Below are positions 19,683 to 27,753 of a stretch of DNA of 64,000 nucleotides, piece by piece. The notes beneath the pieces are model-generated. The model did no database searches. It was not told where the DNA came from and saw nothing but the letters and a program-made list of their open reading frames with translations. The DNA lies in assembly GCA_963711565.1 (NCBI GenBank), contig CAVQEQ010000004.1, positions 212,961-276,960 of the forward strand, in the 5' to 3' direction. How positions within the stretch are numbered: position 1 is the stretch's first letter; each line of letters begins with the position of its first letter. The stretch is from an uncultured delta proteobacterium. Lineage in GTDB: Bacteria; Desulfobacterota; Binatia; Binatales; Binataceae. Both the position numbers and the translations under genes were made by a program.

Positions 19683-21038
19683 ATGACCGTATCAGCCATG
19701 CGCTCCATCCGTGCATGCTTGCAAATTTCCACCGCCGCGGCGGTCCTCCTGATATTCGCATTCGGATCCATCGCACATGGCGCGCCGCCGCCCGGCGAGA
19801 TTGCTTTCGTCGGCACTGACTCCAACATCTACTACTGCGACACGAAGTGCGCGGAGCCAAAATGTATCACGTGCAAAGCGGCCGCGATTCACGTCCGCCG
19901 CGATGACGCGGTCATGCCGGTCGCGCTCGCCGACAATGCCCCCGACGCGGTCCCCTCAGCCGGCGGCGGCACCGATTACGGATGGCCGGTGTTCTCGCCC
20001 GACGGTAAGCGCATCGCTTATTTTGCCGAGACGCACAAGCAAGCCGAGGATTCGTTCGCCGTGTGGGTCTACGATCTCGCGCGCGGCCAGGCGATGCTGA
20101 TCTTTGAAAGCCGCTCCGAGCGCATCGTCTACCTGGTCTGGACGCCCGACGGGCAGCACCTTTCATTTCTGCTCGGCGAACCGCACGGACTCAGCCTGGT
20201 GCTCGCCGAGGTCAAGGAATCCACGCCCGTCAGAATCGTCACGACCGGGATGCCGCTGTACTTCGATTGGGGCGCGCGCGCCGACGAAGTTGCGTTGCAC
20301 ACGCTCGCGCTCGACTCCGATCGCACCGAGCAGGTCTCTCTGATGAGCCTGACGCCGACCAGCCAGAACGTCATCAAAGTGCTGTCGCACGGCCGCACGC
20401 CGTTCAAGACCCCAGCCTGGTCGGCCGACGGCAAGCATCTCGCGTACGTCGAGAACTACAACGCCGAATCGAACATCGTGGTTGCCGACGCCGACGCCAG
20501 TCATCCGCGCTCGGTCGTGAGCTTGCCGGTGGGAGAGACCAGCTTCATCTGGGCGCCCGACTCAGCGCATCTGGCATATTCGACAGCGATCGATCCCCAG
20601 GATCCGACCTATCACGGCATCAAGCTGGTCAACATCGCCACCGCGAATTCGAAGTGGCTGACCAAGGACGACGTCGCCGCATTTTTCTTCGCGCCCGACT
20701 CGCGCCATGTCGCGTTCATCGGCGTTCCCGCGGAGAAGCCGTACTACAGCTGGTCGGTCGTCAACGTTAAGAGCGGCGCCCAGAAAGCGCTCGGCAATTT
20801 TCTCGCGACTCCCGACGAATCGATCGCCTATCGTTACTTCGATCAGCTCGCCGTGTCGCACACGATCTGGTCGCCCGATTCGTCGTCATTTGTGTACGCG
20901 GGCGTACACCTGGAAGGGGCCCCGGACAAGGCGCTCGGCTATGCGCCGCCGCCGTCGGTCTGGATTGTGCCCATCGACGGCAAAGCGCCGCGCGCTCTCT
21001 CAAACGCAGTGCTCGCGTTCTTCTCCCCGGCGAAGTAG
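19683..21038 (+). CDS. Secreted TolB-like PD40 (WD40-like) beta-propeller repeat protein
   Basis: A signal peptide starts at the Met at 19683. Repeated PD40 motifs are present: FSPDGKRIAY, WTPDGQHLSF, WSADGKHLAY, WAPDSAHLAY, FAPDSRHVAF and WSPDSSSFVY. Confidence 0.7.
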   Translation: MTVSAMRSIRACLQISTAAAVLLIFAFGSIAHGAPPPGEIAFVGTDSNIYYCDTKCAEPKCITCKAAAIHVRRDDAVMPVALADNAPDAVPSAGGGTDYGWPVFSPDGKRIAYFAETHKQAEDSFAVWVYDLARGQAMLIFESRSERIVYLVWTPDGQHLSFLLGEPHGLSLVLAEVKESTPVRIVTTGMPLYFDWGARADEVALHTLALDSDRTEQVSLMSLTPTSQNVIKVLSHGRTPFKTPAWSADGKHLAYVENYNAESNIVVADADASHPRSVVSLPVGETSFIWAPDSAHLAYSTAIDPQDPTYHGIKLVNIATANSKWLTKDDVAAFFFAPDSRHVAFIGVPAEKPYYSWSVVNVKSGAQKALGNFLATPDESIAYRYFDQLAVSHTIWSPDSSSFVYAGVHLEGAPDKALGYAPPPSVWIVPIDGKAPRALSNAVLAFFSPAK

Positions 21039-21068
21039 GGCGGTCTCTCGTTAGCCGAAAGGGCGTGT

Positions 21069-21353
21069 ATGGACAAGCTCGAACGGATTGGCCATCTTAT
21101 AGTCGAGGCGCGATCGAAGGCCAGATTGTTAGCGACTTTCGCACTCAAGCCGGAACTCAGAGTAAAGGCAGCGGATCTAATGAAACGTGTAAACGGGAGC
21201 CATCAGAAGCTTCAGACTTTGAGCCGAGCCTCTCAGGGAAATGGAAAGGGGTTGGATCAGGCGAAGCTCGATCATGCCCTCGACGATTTGATCAAAACGT
21301 TTGAGGACGTCAACAGGAAGCTCGACGAGCTGATCGCCGAAGCCAAGGAATAA
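21069..21353 (+). CDS. Small hypothetical protein (94 aa, coiled-coil-like)
   Basis: Based on ORF integrity only. Local GC is lower than the surroundings. Confidence 0.3.
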   Translation: MDKLERIGHLIVEARSKARLLATFALKPELRVKAADLMKRVNGSHQKLQTLSRASQGNGKGLDQAKLDHALDDLIKTFEDVNRKLDELIAEAKE

Positions 21354-21392
21354 AGCCGGCGAGGGTTCGGCCCTTCGCCTGACAAGTTCCAA

Positions 21393-21514
21393 CAGGGACG
21401 AAGAGCCGGGATTCTTCGCTTCGCGCTGAATGACACGAAAATACTGGGTGCAGGGCTCAGCCCTGCCGAAGGAAGCGTGAAACCCACCGCGGGTTTCACA
21501 TTCGATAAAGCGAT
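21393..21514 (+). repeat. Structured intergenic repeat, family 1, copy B
   Basis: cagggacgaagagccgggattcttcgcttcgcgctgaatgacacgaaaatACTGGGTGCAGGGCTCAGCCCTGCCGAAGGAAGCGTGAAACCCACCGCGGGTTTCACATTCGATAAAGCGATT. The first hairpin carries a compensatory GGGG/CCCC to GGGC/GCCC change. Confidence 0.8.
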
Positions 21515-22680
21515 TATGCCTTGCTACAAACGTAAATCGCCGCCGGCTGGCCGAGTACCGATACGCGAATGATCTTGCTCGGCGCGATCTTGCGCGTGCG
21601 CTCGAGCTCGCGCATCAGCCGCCACTCCAACGTCAGCATCACCATCATGCCGCCGCTCCTGAGCACCCGCGCGAACTCTTTGAACCACAGTGGATACAGC
21701 TTTCGATTCTCGCCGTGCGAGCCGTAGCGCAGTCCCCACGGCAAGTTGGTGACGATTTTACTTACACTCGCGTCGCCGAGCGGCAGCGCCCCAGCGTCCC
21801 AGTTTTCGAGCTGGATTGGCTTGTAGCGCGTGCCGACGTTGACGCGCGCCGCCGCGAGCGCCGCATGATCGCGATCGCTGCCCAGCAGCATTGCGTACCG
21901 TCCCAGATGGGCCCGCTCGATCAATATCGTGCCCGCGCCGCAGAACGGATCGAGCGCCACGTCGTCCTCGCGCGGCCCGGACAGCCACGCGAGCGCCGCC
22001 GCACTCGACGCGCGGAGCGACGCCGGGCGATGGGCACTCTTGTACTCGCGATGCCGCATCTTGTCGTCGCTGAGCCGCACGGTAAGAAAAAACTCGGCGT
22101 CGATCATCGTCGCCCACAACTCAACGTCGGCGTCCTCTTCTTCCAGCCGCCAGGTGTGATCGCTGCGCTCGAGAATCCCGCGCTCGACCGCGCGCTGAAA
22201 ATCGACGCGCCGATATTCATGCTCACCGGCCATCCTGGCGATCACGCGGAACTTGAGCCTGCGGCCCGCGCGCGTCCCCGGCGAGACTTTGACGCGCGCC
22301 GCCAGCGCCGCCTCGACCAGCGGCGCCTCGCGCGACGCGCCGCGAATCTTGTCCAGTTCTTTGTTCTCCGGCCCGATAGCGGCGCGGTAGCCGGCCAGTC
22401 CGAACAGATCTTCAGCCGTGCGCAGTACGGCCAGCTTCTCGGCCGCCGGCGCGAAAAAAATCGTCATCCCGGCGCGATCGGGCACCACGCGCCGCGTGAT
22501 CTCTCTCGCGCCGCTGATTCGGCCCGCTATCTCGTCAGCCGCGATTCCCTCGAACCCCGGCTGCGTATGCGCGATGTAGAGATTAGGGCCAAAGCGTAGC
22601 GGATGCGGATGCGCGCGCTCGGGCGACGCCGCCTTGCGATCGCGCCCGGTATTTCGATACGTCTGGCGCGCGCTAATCAA
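21514..22680 (-). CDS. THUMP-domain class I SAM-dependent RNA methyltransferase (RlmL/Trm14-like)
   Basis: DPFCGAGTILIERA is the SAM-binding motif I. NLPWG is motif IV of N6-A/N2-G methyltransferases. The N-terminal region is THUMP-like. Confidence 0.65.
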   Translation of the reverse strand: MISARQTYRNTGRDRKAASPERAHPHPLRFGPNLYIAHTQPGFEGIAADEIAGRISGAREITRRVVPDRAGMTIFFAPAAEKLAVLRTAEDLFGLAGYRAAIGPENKELDKIRGASREAPLVEAALAARVKVSPGTRAGRRLKFRVIARMAGEHEYRRVDFQRAVERGILERSDHTWRLEEEDADVELWATMIDAEFFLTVRLSDDKMRHREYKSAHRPASLRASSAAALAWLSGPREDDVALDPFCGAGTILIERAHLGRYAMLLGSDRDHAALAAARVNVGTRYKPIQLENWDAGALPLGDASVSKIVTNLPWGLRYGSHGENRKLYPLWFKEFARVLRSGGMMVMLTLEWRLMRELERTRKIAPSKIIRVSVLGQPAAIYVCSKA

Positions 22681-22691
22681 TTCTCAACCCG

Positions 22692-23255
22692 CTACTTCGA
22701 GCGTGACAGGTACTCGTGCGTCTCGGTGTTGATCGTGATCATGTCGCCCTCGGCGACGAAATGCGGCACGTTGATTACCATCCCGGTCTCGAGCGTCGCG
22801 GGCTTCAGCGTGTTGTTCACCGCCGCCGTCTTCATCCCCGGGTCGGTCTGCACCACCTTGAGCGCGACCGTCTTGGGCAGAGTCACGTTGAGGGGAGTCG
22901 TCTCGTAGAACTCGACTTCGACTTCGAGGTTCGGCGTCAGGAATCCGACCACGTCCTCGATCAGTTCCTTGGGAATCGTAATCTGCTCGTAGTTCTCGGT
23001 GTTCATGAAATGGAAATCGTCGCCGTCCTGGTAGAGGAACTGCATCTTGCTCTGATTCAGGATGACCCGCTCGACGCGGTCTTCCGAGCGGAACCGGTTC
23101 TCGGTCTGCGAGCCCGTCTTGACGTTGCGCAGCTTGGTCTGCACCATCCCGCGCCAGTTACCGGGGGTGATATGCGTGATCGTCATTATCCGCCACAGGT
23201 CCTTGTTGTATTCGACAATCATACCAGGGCGCAGTTGCGTCGCTTGAATCAGCAT
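22692..23255 (-). CDS. efp: Translation elongation factor P
   Basis: A 187-aa ORF. GMIVEYNKDLWRI... KTGSQTE... has the conserved Lys in the KPG-loop region and the typical EF-P three-domain length. Confidence 0.95.
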   Translation of the reverse strand: MLIQATQLRPGMIVEYNKDLWRIMTITHITPGNWRGMVQTKLRNVKTGSQTENRFRSEDRVERVILNQSKMQFLYQDGDDFHFMNTENYEQITIPKELIEDVVGFLTPNLEVEVEFYETTPLNVTLPKTVALKVVQTDPGMKTAAVNNTLKPATLETGMVINVPHFVAEGDMITINTETHEYLSRSK

Positions 23256-23340
23256 CGTGTGAACACTCTCGATAAAGAACGAAGGTTAAGAAGCGAATAT
23301 TACGCAACCCCGCCGCGCGCGGCAAGTTCGCGCCGGCGCC

Positions 23341-23410
23341 GGGTACTGTCTAAATTTGAGGCTGAGTATCTGAATTTGAAAACGCGAGTGTCTTATTTTG
23401 ATTTGAGGCG
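23341..23410 (-). promoter_or_regulatory. R1: ~68-bp element made of three direct sub-repeats (YTCAAAT-N3-9-GAYACTC), upstream of efp
   Basis: The reverse complement reads cgcCTCAAATcaaaataaGACACTCgcgttTTCAAATtcaGATACTCagcCTCAAATttaGACAGTACCc. It is paralogous to R2 at 23958. Confidence 0.5.
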
Positions 23411-23749
23411 GGGATCGTCGGTCGAAATGCAGAGCGCTTCCGTCGCGTATTCGAATTGGTCAGCGACCAGAAACTCTGAATCCGAGAAGTTATCGGGCGA
23501 GAGGCCCTGACGTTGCTCCGCTAGATGATGCTGTTCATCCATATTCGTCGTCGCTGTATCCAGATTTTTCTTTTTGGCAGCTTCACACGCCTGCGCTGAA
23601 TCGTAAGAATTCCGAATTGTCCACTGATTGAGTGGCGCGTTGTCATTCGGTGGCGCGGTGCTGGCGCCGATCGAACGTGGCGGACCTGGTGGCGGCGCTA
23701 TCAGAACCCAGCCCACAAGCGCGAGCGCGGCAACGTGACAGGGTTTCAT
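23393..23749 (-). CDS. Small secreted hypothetical protein (118 aa)
   Basis: The N-terminal signal-like segment is MKPCHVAALALVGWVLIAPP. A Cys pair is present. Local GC is lower. Confidence 0.35.
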   Translation of the reverse strand: MKPCHVAALALVGWVLIAPPPGPPRSIGASTAPPNDNAPLNQWTIRNSYDSAQACEAAKKKNLDTATTNMDEQHHLAEQRQGLSPDNFSDSEFLVADQFEYATEALCISTDDPRLKSK

Positions 23750-23759
23750 AACCCATGAT

Positions 23760-24023
23760 TTAACCGTAATGCTCTGCGGTGTTCCATAGGCGCATCAGGC
23801 TTTTACGGTCATCATCATGGAATGCTGCACGCAGCTTGTCGAATAGTCCCGGCTCGAAGCGATAAAGCGCTTCCTTCCTGAAGCCGACTGAATCGCGGTC
23901 GCCCTCCCTACGTACCTCAACCGCACGACCCCAATCCGAAATGGAAACGAGCTTGATCGGTTGGTACTGTCTTAATTCGGGTCTGAGTGTCGGAATTTGA
24001 AATCGCGAGTGTCGTAATTTCAA
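23760..24023 (-). CDS. Hypothetical ORF (87 aa); its first ~22 codons, including a TTG start, lie inside repeat R2, so it may be spurious
   Basis: Based on ORF integrity only. Confidence 0.2.
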   Translation of the reverse strand: MKLRHSRFQIPTLRPELRQYQPIKLVSISDWGRAVEVRREGDRDSVGFRKEALYRFEPGLFDKLRAAFHDDDRKSLMRLWNTAEHYG

Positions 24024-24025
24024 GG
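23958..24025 (-). promoter_or_regulatory. R2: second copy of the three-sub-repeat element
   Basis: The reverse complement reads cgcCTTGAAATtacGACACTCgcgatTTCAAATtccGACACTCagacccgaaTTAAGACAGTACCaa. It also contains the palindrome TTGAAAT-N13-ATTTCAA. Confidence 0.5.
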
Positions 24026-24304
24026 CGCAGGGTAAATGCGATTCCTGCTACTGTCTTGCAGCAGAGGGTCGAGCAATGTCGGGTGAATAGTCAGCAATCC
24101 GCAGAGAATGCACACCGCACCTAAGAAATACGTGAATAGAACGACTGCCCTTTTGCCGAACATCTCTTTGAGACAGGCCTGTGAGTACCATAGGTCAAGC
24201 GGCCTCTTGATCGGGGGATCGACCAACCAGCGCCAGCGAAAGAACGCCCCACACCAAAGGAAGACGCCTACAGCGATGAGAAACATATTTTCACCAGACC
24301 ACAA
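24020..24304 (-). CDS. Small membrane protein (94 aa, 2 TM)
   Basis: Hydrophobic helices: FLIAVGVFLWCGAFF and VVLFTYFLGAVCILCGLL. Confidence 0.4.
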   Translation of the reverse strand: MWSGENMFLIAVGVFLWCGAFFRWRWLVDPPIKRPLDLWYSQACLKEMFGKRAVVLFTYFLGAVCILCGLLTIHPTLLDPLLQDSSRNRIYPAP

Positions 24305-24343
24305 GCGCGAGCGCGGTTGCGTGGCGGGGCCTCATCGCGCGCA

Positions 24344-25765
24344 CTAAGGAAGCAGCTTGCTGTACCACGGCCTCGACGGCGGAGTCGTGGCGTATGGCGG
24401 CGGGTATCCATACGGATTCGGCGCGTAGTAGGGCGAGTGCAGATACGCCGGGTCGGTTCCGTACGGCGCTGGGTACATCGGCGGATTGCGATACTCGGTC
24501 ATCCCGCTGCCGCCGCCGACCGTATCCACCGACGCCTCGACGAAATCAGTGCCGTTGCCGTATGCGCGAATCCTCGCGTCGCTGCCCGCCGGCATCGGGA
24601 ACGTCACGTCGAACGCGCTGTAGCCGGTGGGGCTGATCGCGATCGGCTCGGCCAGCCGCCCGTTGACGTAAACCCCCGCATGACGCACGCCGGGCCCCGC
24701 AACCTGCCCGACCACTTCGACGTTGCCTGGCGCCGCCATCGATTCTTCGGCGTCGATAATGTTGATCTGCACGTTCGTCAGCGGTCCGAGCGACGAGTTC
24801 GCGTCGATATGACGGCGCGACGGCGAATCTTCGTCATCCGCGCCTGGAATCTCGGCCGTGTTGTCGCCCCGCGAGGGACCCGCCGACGCGATCGGGCTGT
24901 CCGCCAACGGCCCCGCCTCGCCCGACGACGCGCTCGCGCCCGGCTCGACTTCAATCAGCTCCTCGCTCCCGCGCATCGCGCCGACCCCTTCCGGGTCGGG
25001 CGAGACCAGTGCCTGCGCCTCGCGGCCGTAAACGTCCTCGACGCGAATCGCCTGCGTCAGCGTCGGCTGGTCAATCGAAAAATCGAAATTGAGTCGCTGC
25101 TCGCCGGGCGTACTCGCGACGTCGATATCCTTGCTCTTCGTGTCGCCGTCGAAAATTCCCGCCGACTTGAGATCGGTGCCTTCCAGGTAGCCCTTCACCC
25201 GCACCATTGCGCCCACGAAGACCCGCGATTCGATTTTGACCTTCGGAGCAGCCGGCATCGCTTCTCCGGCCGGCGGCGAGACCGACGAGTGCGACGCGGG
25301 CATCTCGCTGCTCGCTACAGACCCCTTCGCTGCGGGCACCTGCTTTTCGAGCGCCGCAATCTTCTCGCGGATTGAGGTCCACTGCTCAGGATACTGGCCG
25401 CCCGCAATCTTCGCCGCCGCTTCTATCTTGTCGCGATCGCCGAGCACCGCCGCCATCGCATTTGCCGCCGCGGCGCTGTCATTTGCACCCAGCGCGGTGG
25501 ACAGCGTTTGCGCATCGCCCGCAAGGCTGGCGGCAGGAGCCAGGATTGGACCGGAGTTACCGGACGCGTTGATGGCATTGAGCATCGAGAAGGCATGATC
25601 GCTCAACTCGAGCGCCTGCGATTGTGCGTCCTGCGCGCAGGATTGCCGCGGTCCGATTCCCACCGCAAACAGCGCACAGACAAAAATCGTCGCCGCGATC
25701 CGTCCGCCGACGGACCCGATTCGCGCCACGAGCGCGCCGCTTCGATGCGCGACGAAATCGATCAC
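24344..25765 (-). CDS. Hypothetical exported protein with a Pro/Tyr-rich C-terminal tail
   Basis: A 473-aa ORF. The N-terminus is an anchor or signal. The C-terminus is ...PMYPAPYGTDPAYLHSPYYAPNPYGYPPPYATTPP. No family was recognised. Confidence 0.45.
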   Translation of the reverse strand: MIDFVAHRSGALVARIGSVGGRIAATIFVCALFAVGIGPRQSCAQDAQSQALELSDHAFSMLNAINASGNSGPILAPAASLAGDAQTLSTALGANDSAAAANAMAAVLGDRDKIEAAAKIAGGQYPEQWTSIREKIAALEKQVPAAKGSVASSEMPASHSSVSPPAGEAMPAAPKVKIESRVFVGAMVRVKGYLEGTDLKSAGIFDGDTKSKDIDVASTPGEQRLNFDFSIDQPTLTQAIRVEDVYGREAQALVSPDPEGVGAMRGSEELIEVEPGASASSGEAGPLADSPIASAGPSRGDNTAEIPGADDEDSPSRRHIDANSSLGPLTNVQINIIDAEESMAAPGNVEVVGQVAGPGVRHAGVYVNGRLAEPIAISPTGYSAFDVTFPMPAGSDARIRAYGNGTDFVEASVDTVGGGSGMTEYRNPPMYPAPYGTDPAYLHSPYYAPNPYGYPPPYATTPPSRPWYSKLLP

Positions 25766-25783
25766 CCCTCTCGACCTGCGGGG

Positions 25784-25921
25784 CTACGGCGATTGCCGGT
25801 AGCGTTCAGCCGTTTGCTTTATCTGGCGAGAGAGCTTCAGGAATATCTCTCCCTCGTCGTAGATGAAGAGTGCGAGAGCGCCGCCGGCGCCGACAATCAG
25901 ACCGAGGATAAACGCGCCCAT
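25784..25921 (-). CDS. Unannotated small single-TM protein (45 aa)
   Basis: MGAFILGLIVGAGGALALFIYDEGEIFLKLSRQIKQTAERYRQSP. A GGAGGAG Shine-Dalgarno lies 8 nt upstream of the ATG. It ends 18 nt before the start of the 473-aa gene on the same strand. Confidence 0.4.
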   Translation of the reverse strand: MGAFILGLIVGAGGALALFIYDEGEIFLKLSRQIKQTAERYRQSP

Positions 25922-25989
25922 AAGTTCGCTCCTCCGGTAGCCCGAATTATATTCAAATTCGCGCAGTTACGCCTACCGGAAAAAACCTC

Positions 25990-26045
25990 GTCCTAATCCT
26001 CCTAATCCGGTTCCCCTTGCAGGGGAAGCGATTAGGTTCCCTGGG
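25990..26045. repeat. Family-2 element, site 1: TTAGGG-like motif plus hairpin
   Basis: cctaatcctcctaatcc, then TTCCCCT-tgc-AGGGGAA, then gcgattaggttcc. Confidence 0.5.
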
Positions 26046-26199
26046 TACTGGCTGAATTCAGTTGATGGGCTTACTGTCGGCGTGAGGTGCGTCGCGCGCC
26101 GCTTGACGACGATCCGCAATGAAAAGTAGTTAATTGAATGACATCGCATCGAAAAATCCCCAGGACTACGGCAAGGAAATTGTGAAAGCAACCACGATC

Positions 26200-26553
26200 A
26201 TGTTCCTGGCGCTCGCGATTACGATTTCGGGGTGCAGCGACGCCGCGGAAGACAATCAAGCGATGCAGGCTGCTGCGGAAAATAATCAGGCGCGCAGCGA
26301 CATGATACAGGCGAAAGACGCTTACACTAAATGCCTACAAGAAAACAGCGCGGAGACGCAGAAGTGCGCTGGATTCAAGGAGGCGTACGAGGTCAACTTA
26401 CAGGCATATCGAGCGACTTCGGGGGAGGGGGGAGGCGCGAGCGTCATTTTTAACGGACCTACCGTGAACTCAAACCAACCTTCAAAACCTCAACAATTGG
26501 AAGAACAGCGTCAGCAGATCCAGCAATTGAAAGAACAACAGGAAACTGAATAG
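26200..26553 (+). CDS. Lipoprotein, Gln/Glu-rich, hypothetical
   Basis: MFLALAITISGCS is a signal with a lipobox (ITISGC). The C-terminus is a QQ-rich coiled-coil. Local GC is lower. Confidence 0.45.
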   Translation: MFLALAITISGCSDAAEDNQAMQAAAENNQARSDMIQAKDAYTKCLQENSAETQKCAGFKEAYEVNLQAYRATSGEGGGASVIFNGPTVNSNQPSKPQQLEEQRQQIQQLKEQQETE

Positions 26554-26623
26554 CTCAGACTGTCCTACCGTTCCTTGCCGCGCAGTACGCAACGCCGCCA
26601 CTTTCCAGTATCTTGATTCTATC

Positions 26624-27562
26624 GTGCCGCATTCCGAATCTACCGACATCCCGCCAGCTGGCGTTCTCGCCCTCGACGGCCGCATCGTCGTCCGCGTGAC
26701 CGGCGACGATCGCGCGTCGTTTTTCCACGGGATGTGCACTGCCGACGTGAAGGGCGCGCGCTTCGGTTCAATCCTGCCGGCGCTTTTTCTCACCGAGCAT
26801 GCGCACGTAATCGCCGATGCGTTCATCTGGGTGACGCCTGCCGCGCTCCTGCTCGACATCGACGCCGACGCATGGACGCGCACGCGCGCGCATCTCGAAA
26901 AATTACTCGTCGCCGACGATGTGGAATTCGAAGACGCCGCAGACCTCGCCGTCATCAACGTCGAAGGACCTGCCGCCCTCGATGCAACCGCCAAATCGCC
27001 GCGCACGCCCTGGAGCTTCATCAAGGCCGGCAGCTCGCTGGTCGGCAACCTGCCACGCTACGGCGGCTCCGCGGTATCTGTCATCGCTCCGCGCGATTCG
27101 ATTGATTCGACTATCGCCGCAATTCTCGCGAAGGTGCCGCATTCGCGCCGCAGCGATCTCGCGATGCTCGAGACCATTCGCATCGAAAACGGCATCGCCC
27201 GCGTCGGCGTCGATACCACCGACAAAACCATCGCGCTCGAAGCGCGCCTCAATCGCTCGATCTCGTTCAACAAGGGATGCTACCTCGGCCAGGAAACCAT
27301 CGAGCGCGCGACCGCCCGCGGCGGTTTGAAAAAACGGATGTTCGGACTTAAGTTCAATACTGCGGACGTGCCGAACGCCGGTGCGGTCCTCAGTCTGGAC
27401 GGCAAGGAAGTCGGCCGCGTGAGCAGCAGTGTGCGTTCGCCGCGCTTCGGCGCGATCGGGCTTGCGATCCTGCATCACAGTGCATGGACGCTCGGCATCG
27501 AGCTGAAAGTGGGCGAGGGCGGCGGTGCAATCGTAACCGAGTTGCCGTTCGCGCAGAGTTGA
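26624..27562 (+). CDS. ygfZ: YgfZ-like folate-binding protein (aminomethyltransferase/GcvT fold)
   Basis: KGCYLGQETIERATARG is the KGCYxGQE signature of the YgfZ/GcvT family. Confidence 0.65.
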   Translation: MPHSESTDIPPAGVLALDGRIVVRVTGDDRASFFHGMCTADVKGARFGSILPALFLTEHAHVIADAFIWVTPAALLLDIDADAWTRTRAHLEKLLVADDVEFEDAADLAVINVEGPAALDATAKSPRTPWSFIKAGSSLVGNLPRYGGSAVSVIAPRDSIDSTIAAILAKVPHSRRSDLAMLETIRIENGIARVGVDTTDKTIALEARLNRSISFNKGCYLGQETIERATARGGLKKRMFGLKFNTADVPNAGAVLSLDGKEVGRVSSSVRSPRFGAIGLAILHHSAWTLGIELKVGEGGGAIVTELPFAQS

Positions 27563-27600
27563 AGTGATACTTTGATTTTATTTTCAAGGGAGTTCAGAAG

Positions 27601-27744
27601 ATGGCTAACGTGCTCGGCAAGCGTTACATGTGCGAACACTGCGGCACCGAGGTGCTCTGCAACAAGGCCGGCACCGGCGGCCTCGAATGTTGCGACGTCG
27701 AGATGAAGATCAAGGAAGCCAAACCGCTTCCGAGTTCCGACTAG
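27601..27744 (+). CDS. Desulforedoxin-like Cys4 small metal-binding protein (47 aa, unannotated)
   Basis: MANVLGKRYMCEHCGTEVLCNKAGTGGLECCDVEM matches the desulforedoxin pattern M-A-N-x5-Y-x-C-x2-CG ... L-x-CC-x3-M. A GGGAG Shine-Dalgarno is upstream. It lies 9 nt upstream of the amidohydrolase gene. Confidence 0.6.
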   Translation: MANVLGKRYMCEHCGTEVLCNKAGTGGLECCDVEMKIKEAKPLPSSD

Positions 27745-27753
27745 GACGACTCG

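Noticed and set aside
22716-23510. 264-aa plus-strand ORF
   Set aside because: Antisense to efp.
24317-25375. 352-aa plus-strand ORF
   Set aside because: Antisense to the 473-aa exported-protein gene. The translation is Arg-rich and low-complexity.
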